Shown: piece by piece, positions 11,083 to 23,950 of the stretch
Layout of the letters: each line of letters opens with the position of its first letter
How positions within the stretch are numbered: the first letter of the stretch is position 1
Translations under genes and position numbers: made by a program
DNA from: Felis catus
Taxonomy: Eukaryota
Assembly (NCBI RefSeq): GCF_018350175.1
Contig: NC_058368.1
Location: 24,988,001 to 25,052,000, forward strand
Length of the DNA: 64,000 bases
Reading direction: 5' to 3'
The notes under the pieces: generated by a model
The model's input: only the letters and a program-made list of their open reading frames with translations
Database searches by the model: none
What the model was told of the DNA's origin: nothing

Positions 11083-13540
11083 TTTTCTATTGAAGGATAC
11101 TTGACACATAATGTTAATTTAGCTTCATGTGTACAGCACAGTGATTCATTTGCTCTGTACAGTATGCTGGGCTCACAAGCGTAGCTACCATCTGTCACCA
11201 TACAGCGCTATTTCAATACCATTGACTGTGGCCCTTATGTTGTACCTTTTATCCTTGTGACTTATTTATTCCGTAACCAGAAGCCTGTATCTCCCACTCC
11301 CTTTCACCCAGTTTGTCCATCTCCTCACTCCTCTTCCCTCTGACACCATCGGTTTGTCCTCTTGAATTTACGGGTCTGTTTCTACTTTTTGTTTCTTTAT
11401 TCGTTTGTTTTCTTTTTAGGTTCCACACGTAAGTGAAATTAGGTGGTATTCATCTTTTTCGGTCTGTTGTGTTGTGTAGCATAATACCTTTCAGGTCCAT
11501 CCATGTTGTTGCCAATGGCAAGATCTCATTCTTTTTTATGGCTGAGTCCTATTCCATTGCACATATATACCACATCTTCTTTATCTGTTTATCTATTGAT
11601 GAATAGTTAGGCTGCTTCCATATCTTGGCTATTGTAACTAATGCTCTAGTTAACATAGGGGCGCATATAACTTTTCAAATTCGTGGTTTTGTTTTCTTTA
11701 GGTAAATACCCAGTAATGAAATTACTGCATCATATGGTTTTTCTGTTTTTAATTTGGGGTACGGGGGGGGACCTCCATAGTGCTTTTCCGAGTGACTCCA
11801 CCAGTTTACATTCCCTATCAGCAGTGCACGAGGGTTCCTTTTTGTCCACATCCTCGCTAACACTTGTTATTTTCTTGTGTTTTTGATTTCTAGCCATTCT
11901 GACAGTTGTAAGGTCATTGTCTCATTGTGGTTTTGAGTTGCATTTCTGTGATGATTAGTAATGTTGAGCATCTTTTCATGTGTCTGTTGGCCAATTGTGT
12001 GCCTTCTTTGGAAAAATGTCTCTTCAAGTCCTCTTCCCGTTTTTAATTGCAATTACTTGGTGTTTTTTTGGTGTTGAGTTACATACACTCTTTATACATT
12101 TTAGGTAATAACCCCTTACAGGATATATCATTTGCTACAAGTATCTTCTCCCATTCAGTAAGTTGCCTTTTTGTTTTGATGGTTCCTTAGCTATACAAAA
12201 GCTTTTTATTTTGGTATAGTCCCAGTAGTTTATCTTTGCTATTGTTTCCCTTCCCTGAGGAGACATATCTAGGAAAATGTTAAGGCAGATATGAAAAAAT
12301 TACTGCCTATGTTTTTTCTAGAGGTTTTATGGTTTCAGGTCTTTAATCCGTTTTGAGTTTATTTTCATGTATGGTGGAAGAAAGGATCCATTCTTTTGCA
12401 TGTAGCTGTTCAGTTTTCCAGCACCATTTACTCCATTTCCCCATTTAATCTTTCCTCTTTTGTCATAAATTAATTGACCACGTAAACATGGGCTTATTTC
12501 TGGGCTCTCTGTCCTGTTCCACTGAACTATGTGTCTGTTTTTGTGCCAGTACCAATACTGTTTTGATCACTATAGTTTTGTAGTATATCTTGAAATCTGG
12601 AATTGTGATACCTCCAGCTTTGTTGTTTTTTTTTTTTTTTTTTCCTCAAGATTGCTTTGGCTATTCAGGGTCTTTTGTGATTCCATACAAATTTTAGGAT
12701 TATGTGTTCTAGTTCAGTGAAAAATGCTGTTGGTATTTTGATAGGAATTACATGGAATCTGTAGATTGCCTTTTGAACAATATTAATTCTTCCACTCAAT
12801 GAGCATAGTACAATTCCATTTGTTATTTTCAATTGGAAACAATTCCATTTGTTATTGGAACAATAACAATGTTGTTATTGGAAACAATTCCATTTGTTAT
12901 TTGCAATGAGCATAACAATTCCTTTTGTTATTTTCAATTTCTTTCATCAGTGTTTTATAGTTTTCAGAGTACGGGTCTTTCACCTCCTTGTTTAAGTTTA
13001 TTCCTAGGTATTTGATTGTTTTTTGGTGCAATTGTAAATGGAATGGTTTTCTTAATATCACTCTGCTACTTTGTCATTATTGTATAGAAATGCAATCAAT
13101 TTCTGTGTAGTAGTTTTTCACCCTGCAACTTTACTGAATTCATGTATTCTAATAGTGTTTTGGTGGAGACTTCAGGGTTTTCTCCTTATAGTATCATGTC
13201 ATCTGCAAATAGTGACAGTTTAATTTCTTCCTTACCAATTTGGATGTCTTTTATTTCTTTTTCTTGTCTGATTGGTGTGGCTAGGACTTCCAGTGCCATG
13301 TTGAATAATAGCGGTGAGAGTGGACATCCTTGTCTTGTTCCTGATCTTAGAGGAAAAGCTCTGTTTTTCACCATTGATATGATGTTAATTGTGGGTTTGT
13401 CCTAGATGGCTTTTGTTATGTTGAGGTATGTTCCTTCAAAAGCCACTTTGTTGAGAATTTTTATCATAAATGAATGTTGGATTTTGTCAGTGCCTTTTCT
13501 GCATCTGTTGAGATGTTCATAATGATTTTTATCCTTTGAG
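11083..13540 (-). mobile_element. 5'-truncated LINE-1 (carnivore/L1MA-type) with TSD
   Basis: RT remnant [27 protein letters not shown]...[10 protein letters not shown] at 13186-13374. 15-bp TSD ATCTTGC(T/C)AGATTTT at 11068-11082 and 13541-13555. Confidence 0.95.
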
Positions 13541-13559
13541 ATCTTGCCAGATTTTGAAT

Positions 13560-14265
13560 GACACTTCCCTGCCTAAATCTCTTCAGGGATTTTCTTCATG
13601 CTGAGAATAAAATCCAGACTTTTACCATGACCTGGATGACTTCACATCATCTGATCTTCTCTCATGTAACTCTCCACTCATAAGTTGAAGTTACCCTTGT
13701 CTTTCTGTTTTTCTCATGTCTGATGATATCTCTTGCCTGCCTTCTTTGTTGTTGCTGAACCCTATGCAAGGCAAGTTCTGTCCCCAGATTTTCAGCTCTT
13801 GGTTCAGATTTCACCTTCTCAGTCAAGGCCCTTTCCTTCCAAGCAACCTAAAGTTGTCTGCCTCACATTTATTTTATTTTTTGGACCTAACAGTTTCTGT
13901 TTCATTACCCTGTTTTACGAACTTTGTTGCATTAACGAGCTGAAATTGCTTTGCTTTCTTGGTGGTGGTCTACTTCTAGACCATATAGTTAGGACAGACT
14001 GGTTTTCAGTCCACTGGCTCTCTTATTTTAGGGGTGTTGTCATTAACAGGAAATGAGTTATTATATGGAGAGTACTTAAAATGGTGTCATGTACACAGCA
14101 ATATATGTTACCTGTGGTTATTGTTGGTATTATTATTATTGCTATTATTATTATTATTATGTGAGTGGTTTTGTCTGCCTTCTTTGCCTCTGCATTCTTA
14201 GGGCCAAAAATAATGCTTGGAGCATAGAAGGTGCTCACTTAATATTTGCTCAGTGAATTAAAATG
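13560..14265 (+). mobile_element. L2 fragments with an intervening MIR-like piece
   Basis: L2-like AGAATAAAATCCAGACTTTTACCATGACC and an L2 3'-end-like GGTGCTCA...AATATTTGCTCAGTGAAT. Confidence 0.6.
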
Positions 14266-14700
14266 ACTATTTTATATAAGGATATGTTTCTTATGTAAAA
14301 TAAAACAGCTTAAATATTTCTATGTGTGAAATCTGTATCGTGTTATATTGTATTTTACCACAGGAAGCAGATTTTGATAGTGTTCGTAGTCCATTTGTGG
14401 TGTTTTTTTAAGTATACTTTTTGCATGATGATTTTAAAGGGTGAGTTATAACTGTTACATTATGAAAGCATATTTTCATATTGGAGGAATAGAAACCATC
14501 ATTGTAAGAAAAAGTGGTATTAGTAATTTTAAGAAAGTGCAGGGTAAACATAGTGGTTTGTAGGTAAAATATAGTATCTTGAATGAGAGACATTTTTTTT
14601 AACTTCATAATCATTCACATTTTTTCCCAAATGAAATATACCCTAAATATTCTCATCTCATATTGTGTCTTAATTATATCAGCATTAAAAACTTTTTTTA

Positions 14701-14915
14701 AATTTTTTTTTTCAACGTCTATTTATTTTTGGGACAGAGAGAGACAGAGCATGAACGGGGGAGGGGCAGAGAGAGAGGGAGACACAGAATCGGAAACAGG
14801 CTCCAGGCTCTGAGCCAACAGCCCAGAGCCTGACGCGGGGCTCAAACTCACGGACCGCGAGATCGTGACCTGGCTGAAGTCGGACGCTTAACCGACTGCG
14901 CCACCCAGGCGCCCC
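14701..14915 (-). mobile_element. Young felid SINEC_Fc (antisense)
   Basis: Near-consensus with CpGs retained. Perfect 15-bp TSD TAAAAACTTTTTTTA at 14686-14700 and 14916-14930. Confidence 0.98.
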
Positions 14916-15414
14916 TAAAAACTTTTTTTATTAGAATTAAGTCAGACTAAAGATTGGCTTTCCCTGTGTGCTATAAATCACAGTACTTTTGCTAACAGTG
15001 TGCAGTTTTCTGTTTTAAGGTATATAGCTTCTCTTTATGCAATAAACTCTTCTTTTTTCTTTATTTGAGCTTCAAATATCCCCTCTTTTTTTCTCCCTCA
15101 GGTGAGAAACAATCCAGTTCCAGAGCCTAAGACTAGTTAATCTAAAATTAGTGCTCTTCTAAGTAGAAATGTATTTTAATATATCTCTGCAGTAGTTTAA
15201 AAGCCAAAGTACTAATAATTTTCATCAGGTTCCAAAGACAGTTTTATTTCTTAGACTCACACATTTTCTATATGCAGAATGAACATAGGCCCAGGTCCAA
15301 CTAGGCTGGCATCCATAATTTGACCCATATTGTTTTGGTAACAGATCCTCTCTTTTCACTATTCTTTAGTTATCAGACTTTTAAAAGAATAATAACAGCA
15401 AGATATAAAGATGC

Positions 15415-15775
15415 TGTCTTAGCCAACTTGGGCTGTTATAACAAAATGCCATAGACTGAGTAGCTTAAACTAAACAGATATTCATGTCTCATAGGTGTAG
15501 AGGCTGGGAAGTCCAAGGTTAAGGTTCTGACAGATGAGATTCCTGGGGAGAGGCTCACTTCATAGACAGCTGTCTTCTCACTGTGTCTTCACAGGGAGGG
15601 GAGAGAGAGTGAGCTCTGTTCTCTTCCTTTGCTTGTAAGGACACTAATCTCAAAATGGGAGCCCCACCCATAGGATCTCATCTAAACCAATTATTCCCAA
15701 AGACCCTCACCTTCAAGTACTATCACATCGGGGACTTGTGGAAATTGGGGGGACACAAACAATCAGTCCATAACA
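15415..15775 (-). mobile_element. MLT1A-like solo LTR (ERVL-MaLR)
   Basis: 361 bp with TG...CA termini. Perfect 5-bp TSD GATGC at 15410-15414 and 15776-15780. MLT1A-like motifs. Confidence 0.9.
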
Positions 15776-16696
15776 GATGCTGTTAAATTAAACCAACAGT
15801 TTTCTTATTTTTTTTTTTTTTTCTTGAAGGCTAGGTAAACAGAAAAATGCTGAAACCACAACTTGATAGCACGTTGGTGCTCTGACCTTAATTTGGTAGG
15901 GTGATTGTCCTAAGCTTGAACTGAAGTTTTTTAAAACTTCCATCCTGTCAGCACCAAATCTGAATAGAAATGTGATTAGACTATATTGTGTTTTTTCAGT
16001 GACATTATGAACTCTCATTTTTTAAGTTCTGTGAACTAATTACCAAGAGGTATTGCAGACATTCTTGAAACAATCTTTAGTATACTCCATAAGTAAAATT
16101 AACCAAAATCTCAGTTCATTGAAGAGCCACATTTTTTTATTTTGTCAATTTAGATATTTCCAAATTGACTAGAACCTGATGAAATTGAAATTGGAAAGCA
16201 CCAAACAAGAACCATTCTGTTTCTCAATCTTGCAGTATTTTTCTGTTGACTAAGATGCATTTGAATGTCCATTGATGATAGATGGTTTTCCAAATTTGGG
16301 TAAGACTCAGTGAGCATTTCTACTCATACCTATAAGTAAAAACATTTCTGTTAAGAGTCGGTTAAATTACAGTGGCTTATGGCTTATTTTTTTTTTTATG
16401 AAGAGGAAATAATTTTTATGAAAGACATGAAGGCTTAGTGGAATTGCTGATAACAGGAATATTTAGGTGAATGTCTACTTCCCGAGTAGGGCAGCATGTT
16501 GTAGTTAGCTGACTTTTTTTAGTCAGTTATTAATCCAAAAGGTATTTTTGTGTACTTGCTGAAATCCTTGTTCTGCAAAATTCTTTCCAATATATTGGAT
16601 CACTTTCCTGAGTCAGTAACATATATTTTATGTATTTGAAGCTTTTAGTGATAAAAGGTCTGCTAAGGCATCATTGATAAACAGCGTAGTTAAGGG

Positions 16697-16929
16697 CAGA
16701 GTTCTCAATGAGGGGTGGTTTTGCCTCCCTGGGAACATTTGACAATGTCTGGGGTAATTTTCGATTGTTATGAATGGGGGTAAGAGGGAGGTGGTGCTGG
16801 CGTCCGGTGGGTAGAAGTCTGGGGTGCTGCTGACATCCTGTGATGTACAGGACACCCCCCCCCCCCCCACCTGACTACAAAGAATTTCCGAATACAAAAG
16901 GTCAGTACTGCCAAGAGTGAGAAACCCTG
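16697..16929. mobile_element. MER20 hAT-Charlie DNA transposon
   Basis: CAG..TTCTCA / TGAGAAACCCTG termini, and an internal ACATTTGACAATGTCTGG...GGGTAGA...CATCCT typical of MER20. Confidence 0.85.
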
Positions 16930-17760
16930 GGTTAGGATTGTGGATGCTAAAAACATCTCTATCATAGACACTGAATGTAAATCTAAAATACTTTGACCAG
17001 GACTCCAGAATCTTTTGGAACAAACATCTAGTCTTCAAAATGATTGTTTTGAGGAATATACTCATCTGGGTTTTGTGGTCTCTGTTATTTTTTAGACATT
17101 TCTTTTTAGTTATTGCACAAATGTATGTGTTCCAGCTTTCCATCACACACACATTTTGCATATTCATTGGAGACAGGGCCCAGGACATAACACATTGTAG
17201 GAGTGATTCAGATGTGCTTTGTGAGGTTATAAGTTGTTTCTCTGGCATCAGTGAAAGAAGATTTGAAGGGCATAGAAGAAGCCTTAGATAAACCAAGACT
17301 CATGAACTTAATCTGTGCTGGCTAAGAGTGAACATTGGTTATTTAAGATACAGTATGGACAGTATGTCCTTTCCTTCACTGTAGCATTCTTTCCCCATCC
17401 TAAATGTCAACCCAGGCTGTGCAGGCTAGGTTTGGCTTAGCCAGTGATAACTTTTCCTTTTCCCTGCAGCCTTGAATTACCAGCCTTTCACAGCCACTTT
17501 CTGTCTAGTGGGTATTTTCTTTAGCTTTTTCTGGTTTCCTCCCTCCAAGTACCTACTCACACTGTCAGAGATGATCTCTGATAAGAGTGAATTCCATACT
17601 GTAAGTGAGGGTAGTGTTCTCCCTACCTGTGCTCAGGGACAATGTTACCTGGAAGAGGAAGTGGACCTTAGAGCCAAAGCTTGGGAGCAAGGCAGTGCAT
17701 AGCTCATCTACAACTGTTGCCTTGGGCTGACTTAAAATCAGATCTTAAAAAATTAACTTA

Positions 17761-17919
17761 GGGGCGCCTGGGTGGCTCAGTCGGTTAAGCGTACGACTTC
17801 GGCCCAGGTCATGATCTCACGGTCTGTGGGTTCGAGCCCCGTGTCAGGCTCTGTGCTGACAGCTCAGAGCCTGGAACCTGCTTCGGATTCTGCGTCTCTT
17901 TCTGTCTCTGCCCTTCCTC

Positions 17920-17959
<40 letters not shown>

Positions 17960-17984
17960 AGTAAATAAACATTTAGAAAAAAAA
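17761..17984 (+). mobile_element. Can-SINE (SINEC_Fc), about 95 bp upstream of a ZC3H13 exon
   Basis: Canonical head, (CT)n tract and A tail, with AAAAAATTA on both flanks. Confidence 0.97.
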
Positions 17985-18079
17985 ATTAGTATTGTACAGC
18001 ACTGTGAATTGAAATTTATCCTGGAATTATGGTTCACACTTTTAGCTTTAACATTCAGGCTCTTCATTTTTTTTTACAG

Positions 18080-18390
18080 GTCTACTTCCCCAGTAGGACA
18101 GCATCATTCTCCTCTATCTTCTAGACATCACTCATCTTCCTCACAGTCAGGATCATCTATTCAAAGACATTCTCCTTCTCCTCGTCGAAAAAGGACTCCT
18201 TCGCCATCATATCAGAGGACAATAACTCCACCTTTACGACGCTCTGCTTCTCCTTACCCTTCACATTCTCTGTCTTCTCCTCAGAGAAAGCAAAGTCCCC
18301 CAAGACATCGCTCTCCAATGCGAGAGAAAGGGAGGCATGACCATGAACGAGCTTCACAGTCTCATGATCGGCGTCATGAAAGAAGGGAAG
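18080..18390 (+). CDS. ZC3H13: ZC3H13 coding exon, first in window (311 nt, phase 2 to 1): RSTSPVGQHHSP...HDRRHERRE
   Basis: Acceptor TTTTTTTTTACAG|G and donor GAAG|GTATGT. The Ser/Arg/Pro-rich peptide matches recalled ZC3H13. Confidence 0.95.
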
Positions 18391-20938
18391 GTATGTACTT
18401 TATCTTGATTTTTTAAGGGTTCTTTAAGTATTTTCTTTATTAAAAAACCGGACATTCAGGTTTATTGTTGTATTAAGGAAAAGAGGAGAACTGTGTTGTA
18501 AGTCTTCTGTAACAGAAGAGTTCTTGAGGGCAGTAGGAGGCACTTTTAATGATACGGGAACATAAGCTATGAAATGTATGGTGTAAATGGGCATTTTCAT
18601 GTATACTAAGGCGGTGCTTTCTTCCGGTGCTAGACATTTTGGACTGTCTGATTCTTAGAGCATCCCTCTAATTGCTTAGTTGATCCTTTAAAAAAACAAA
18701 GATGTGAACGAAAGAAAAGCAGCAACCCAGGGGGTAGAGTTTGAAAGCATCAGACATTCATAAAGAGGTAAGGGCTGGGGGACCATTAAGAAGGTCTGTG
18801 TAAACCACGCGATCAAGTTTCTAGTTGTAACTCCAGAAAGAAGTAAGCAAAGCTGTTTTCCTTTCTGGATCCCTGAGAATTAAGTTAACTTTGGATTTGC
18901 TACTCCCTCTTCAAGCTGAGATGCTATTCTAATCTGGCAGTACGTCTCTTTCTCTACTCCTTGTCCAAGCTTCTTGTCCTTATTTACTTAAAGTTCTTTC
19001 CTAACTTCTCCTGAGTTGGTGTTTGAACGTAATGAGTACTCAGGAAATACCGCTTATTTGAAACATTTCTGTTTAACGTGCATTTTAAAATAAGCCTCTC
19101 CATGAGTATGGTACCGCAGTCTCCTATGAAAGGTGTTGAATTTGGTTGTTCTCTATCAACAGTGCAAGCAATAGTTAATCAGATTCTTCTTTTCAAGAAA
19201 ATGATGAATGCATAGGTAGGGACCAGAGAGAACATCTGTTGCATAGAATTGCTTCTTGTGTACATGATTTTGGAACCGGATTGGCATAGCAGTACTTATG
19301 GAACATTGGTAAGATGGGAAAATTCTCTTAACACCTATTTATTAATTTTAATAAGGTATTTAGAGTCGACCAGGAATATAGTATATATTTAATGACCACT
19401 GACTGAATGAAAACTCTTTAGTGTGTTTAATAACTTTGTTTTGAAATAATGATGAGGGGAAATAGTATTCATTTAAGTCTTATAAGAATGCTTGTTTTGT
19501 GCTAAGAGTGGCTGATATTACAGGAAGAATCCATTTAATAATAAACCATGTGTTTAGTTTCTTTGTAAGGAAGATGTTTCTTTAACCTTCCACATAAGAG
19601 ATGTAGCAGATGTTTGTTCCTCCATTTCGATGTCATTTTCTGAAATAAAACTAATTTTAGTAGAAGAATGGGGAAGTAGATGACAAAATACAGTAACTAG
19701 ATACATTTGTAAAGACAGATGGGGGACCTGTGGAAAAAGGATCTGGTAGTGAGTGAACATATTTTTAGGCACAGTTGGCATTGAAAGAGGACTCGAAGTC
19801 ACAGGTGTGCGCAAAAACGGATGGAGACCTATCAAATCCTTGCCTGATGCTTCTGTTCTTAAAGGCATTTGTGGATATAAGCACATGGACAAAGTAACTG
19901 GCAGGAGTTATTAATGGGAGAATCTAGGGGGTCTTGTGGACACTAGGTGTTGAGGTGGCTGGAGAAGGTCTATAGACCTAGCTATGGGGCAAAGAGAAAA
20001 GAAGACAACTTTACAATGTCTTAGGTATTAAAGCTACTACATTTGCTAAAATAGCCTCAGATCTTGAGGCAGTTCCAGAGTGTCTAAGAGCAACATATAA
20101 AGGAAACTGATGTAAAAACAAGGCAGTGTTTGTTTTTTGAGGTTCTCTTGTTAATCCTTTGATGTCATACCAGATTTATGCGATAATCAATTTATGCCTC
20201 TTCCAGGCATGTCTAAAGAATAGTTTCTCTTCTTTGCAAATTCCCTTTAGGAAGGGGGTCGCCTGAGCCATTTAGGCTCTGGGCCTCTTCTTCATTTACA
20301 CTGACAAGGTTGAAATAAATGATCAGTGAGTTTTGTTTCAACCTCTTAAAAACTGCAGCTCTTTTCTTATTTTTCTATGAAGTATTAGAAAATGCTTTAA
20401 GTAGAGAAAGCTTTAGAGACAGGAGTGATGCCACTAAACAGTTGAAGAAAAGAGAGGGTGAATAACAATATCCCTTTGCCAGCCACCTTACTAACTGTAG
20501 GCCACTCTTAAGTGCTTTAAGTCCCTTTGAAGTGGTCATGGGTGGTCTAGTCTGGTGGAGGTGGTTAAAGTCACTGTGTACCTCTGGATCTAAAAGTAGT
20601 TTCTAAAAAATAAGCCATCAGTGATAGGAGATCAACTTACTTGTTTCATTTGTTGAAGATCTGTAAGTATGGGTAAGTTGGGGCACTGGAAGATCCTATT
20701 CAGAGTTTATCTAATCAAGAACAAAGTTATATCCAGGCGTTAATAAAATTACCTTTGGAATTTTAGCTTATATATGGTCTTAATTTTCTTATTTGCCCAT
20801 GTTTTCTTTCTTTCTTGTCTGCAACGAACATGAATTACTATGTTTCAAAAATTGTTTAAGCTCCAAATTATGTAAATTGTCTTGTTTCTCAAAATTTTGT
20901 GGAAGGAATTCTAGTTCATTCCCACACTTGCCTTACAG

Positions 20939-21403
20939 AGACCAGAAGCAAAAGAGATAGAGAAAAGGACACAAGAGAAGAACGAGAGTATGAACAGGAT
21001 CTGAGCTCTTCTAGAGACCACAGAGATGACCGAGAACCTCGAGATGGCCGGGATCGGAGAGATGCCAGGGATACTAGAGACCGACGGGAACTGAGGGACT
21101 CCAGAGACATTCGGGACTCCAGGGAGATGAGAGATTATAGCAGAGATAACAAAGAGAGCCGTGATCCCAGAGATTCTCGGTCTGCTCGTGATACCCACGA
21201 CTACAGGGACCGTGAAAGTCGAGACACCCATCGAAAGGAGGATGCCTATCAGGAAGAATCCCGAAGTTATGGCAGAAACCATTTGAGAGAAGAAAGCTCT
21301 CGTACTGAAATAAGGAATGATGCCAGAAATGAGTCTCGAAGTGAAATTAGGAATGACCGGATGGGCAGAAGTAGGGGGAGAGGTCCAGAATTACCTGAAA
21401 AGG
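20939..21403 (+). CDS. ZC3H13: ZC3H13 coding exon (465 nt, phase 1-1), RD-rich: ETRSKRDREKD...PELPEK
   Basis: Acceptor CCTTACAG|AG, donor AAGG|GTAAGG, open and in frame with neighbouring exons. Confidence 0.96.
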
Positions 21404-22689
21404 GTAAGGTTTTTGACTTGTCAATAAACTGTATCTTGTATGTTTATATAGAAATTATTAAATCATTTAAGGTTTCTTTTCTAAATGCATTCTTTTTTAC
21501 ATTCATTAATCATTATTTTGTCAAAGTAATTTTCAACTAGTTGAATTTTGGCCTTCCCTATAAATTCCAAATAGGAAGCGTTAAATTCCTAAGACTTAGG
21601 AATTTGCCCAAGCAGCAAAAGATAAATGGATCCTGATCCTAAGATCCCCTGGCTGAATTATATCCAGTCATGCCTACCGTCTTGATTAATGTGGAACGCT
21701 AAGAAAATTGCCGTCAGGCATAAAAGTAGAATGAAAAGAAAATAATTTTTAGTAAACAGGTACATGTATGGTAAGATTATTATTCCAGTGGGATTAAAAT
21801 GGTGGACTTTCAAACTTCATGGTATCAGACACGACCGTGTATCCCGCCCTGTGCTTGTGCTCGCTTCACACCACCTCCGATTATCGCATGTCAGAATCTC
21901 GAGCCACTTTCCTTCCCCTAAAAAGCGTTTGCCATCACCCAGTAACTACCCACCTAAACGTATTTGTCTCCGAACTGCTTGGGCCGAATTCGTCTTGGCC
22001 TTTTTCCCTCCACTGTCTTCTCTCCCTCCCCTAAAATGCTTCTACAGAATTCTGAGCACTCATTCTTTCTGTTGGTCTTTTGGTCCATCTTGGTCAACAT
22101 TACAGCTTCACATTAAGCTGAAGGCCCCTTACCTTCTCCTTCATAGTAGTCGTCGCTTTTCTTGGCCTTTTGCTTTTTCATACACATTTTTTAAATGAGT
22201 TGTTTTTTTAAAAATTTCCTGAAAAACTGATGGATTTTTTTTCAAATGCATCAAATTGATGAATTTATAACTTTTTCCTGTTAAAGCCTTGTACAGGTTT
22301 TATTCCTGGGTACCCAGCATTTTTGGTGCGCTTGTCAATGGTACTTAAAAATGTTTTCTCTCTTTTTAATAATGCATTCACATGGCTCAAAATTTCAAAA
22401 GTATGGAAGGATATGTGGTGAGAGACCTCCCCGCTACCTCTGACCTCATTCATTCTCTTGCCAGTTTTGTCTGTATCCTTCCCAGAAATATTTTACACAA
22501 GCAGATTTGCGTGTGTACTCATCCCCTCTGGTTTTACAAACGCGCTTTTTAAAAAAACATATGTATTGCTCTATACCCTGCTGTTTTCACTTAAAAAATA
22601 CCTTGGAGATCATTCCACTTCAGTCAACTTGATAAACAACTAACCCCTTCTTTTTGGTGCATTTGTCTACTGTAGGATATACTGTAAAG

Positions 22690-23500
22690 TTTTTTATAAG
22701 TTTTTATTTAAATTTGAGTTAACATACAGTGTAATATTAATTTCAGGTATGCAGTATAGAGATTCAGCACTTCCATACAGTCCCAGTGCTAATCACAATT
22801 ATGCTCCTTAATCCCCATCCCCTGTCGAACCCATCCCCTCACCCGCCAGAGCTCTGGTAGTTCTCTGTAGTTAAGAGTCTGGCTTCTGCTTTGCCTCTCT
22901 CTTTTTTTTTAATCTTTACTTATTTGTAAATTCCGCATACGTGTAAACCTACGGTATTTGTCTCTCTCTGACTTATTTCACTTAGCATTATACTCTCTGA
23001 CTTTATGTCGTTGCAAATGGCAAGATTTCGTCCTTTTTTATGGCCGAATAATATTCCGTCGTATATGTACATACCACGTCTTCTTTACCCATTCATCAGT
23101 CAGTGGATGTTGGGCTGTTTTCCATAATTTGGGTATTATAAATAATGCTGTACATATAGAGGGGCATGTATCCTTTTGCAGCAGTATTTTTATATTCTTT
23201 AGGTCAAAAGTAGTATTTTTATATTCTTTAGGTAAATACCTAGTAGTGCCAGTGCTGTATCGTAGGGTGGTTCTGTTTTTAACCTTTTGAAGAACCTCCA
23301 CTCTTTTGCACAGTGGCTGGACCAGTTTGCATTCCCACCGACAGTGCAGGAGGAGGGCTCCCTTTCTCCACATCCTGCACACCACCTCTTGTTTCCTGTA
23401 TTGTTGATTTTAGCCATTCTGACAGGTGTGAGGTGATGTCTCCTTGTAGTTTTGATTTGTGTTTCCCTGATGATGAGTGATATTGAGCATCTTTCAGGTG
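22690..23500 (-). mobile_element. LINE-1 3' end (carnivore-type)
   Basis: ORF2 C-terminal remnants (HCRWECKLVQPL; HHLTPVRMAKI) and an L1 3' UTR with a T-rich tail. Confidence 0.9.
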
Positions 23501-23581
23501 CCCACGTGGGATTCTGGGTCTCCCCTTCCCCATGCACGTGCACACACACGCACTCTCAAATAAATAAACATTAAAAAAAAA

Positions 23582-23950
23582 TACTGAATTCTATATATTT
23601 TGGGTATTTTCCTGTACATACACACCTGTGATAAAGTTTAATTTATAAATTAAGCACAGTAAGACATTAACTAATAATAAAACAATGGTGATATACTGCG
23701 ATGAAAATTACGTGAATGTGGTTTTCTCGAAATTCTTACTGTACCGTACTCACCCTTGTGAGGTGACGTGGTGTATGCCTGTGTGATGAAAGGAAGTGAG
23801 GTGAATAATGTAGACATCATGAGGTAGCCTTAGGCTACTTTTGACCTTCTGACCAGATGTCAGGAGGAGAATCCCCTGCTTCTGGATCCCAGTTGACCAT
23901 GGGGAACTGAAATAGCAGAAAGCAAAGCTACAGATAGGGAAGACTACTGT
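23582..23950. mobile_element. Tigger4/MER46-like TcMar DNA transposon fragment, preceded by a SINE 3' remnant (about 23505-23581)
   Basis: GATAAAGTTTAATTTATAAATTA.GCACAGTAAGA and a terminal GACTACTG|TA, as recalled for Tigger4. Confidence 0.75.

Noticed and set aside
16628..17296. 222-aa minus-strand ORF
   Set aside because: It crosses a MER20 and a poly-C run, has a non-ATG start, and resembles no protein I recognise.
17772..18079. 214-aa ORF fusing a SINE-derived N-terminus in frame to the ZC3H13 exon
   Set aside because: It starts at a GTG inside a SINE and runs through the polypyrimidine tract. A strong acceptor at 18080 explains the coding part, and there is no sign of a promoter.
1..18079. 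Additional upstream ZC3H13 coding exons, including the CCCH finger
   Set aside because: I found no ORF or splice-bounded segment matching the recalled N-terminal part, so those exons should lie before the window.
21764..22198. 144-aa ORF in a mildly CpG-retaining intronic patch
   Set aside because: No recognisable homology, and it is not needed for the ZC3H13 frame, since the flanking exons already join in phase.
23183..23236. Short duplication of AGTATTTTTATATTCTTTAGGT in an L1, and a similar TACTGTACTAAC x2 near 8728-8751
   Set aside because: Ordinary small tandem duplications with no indication of function.
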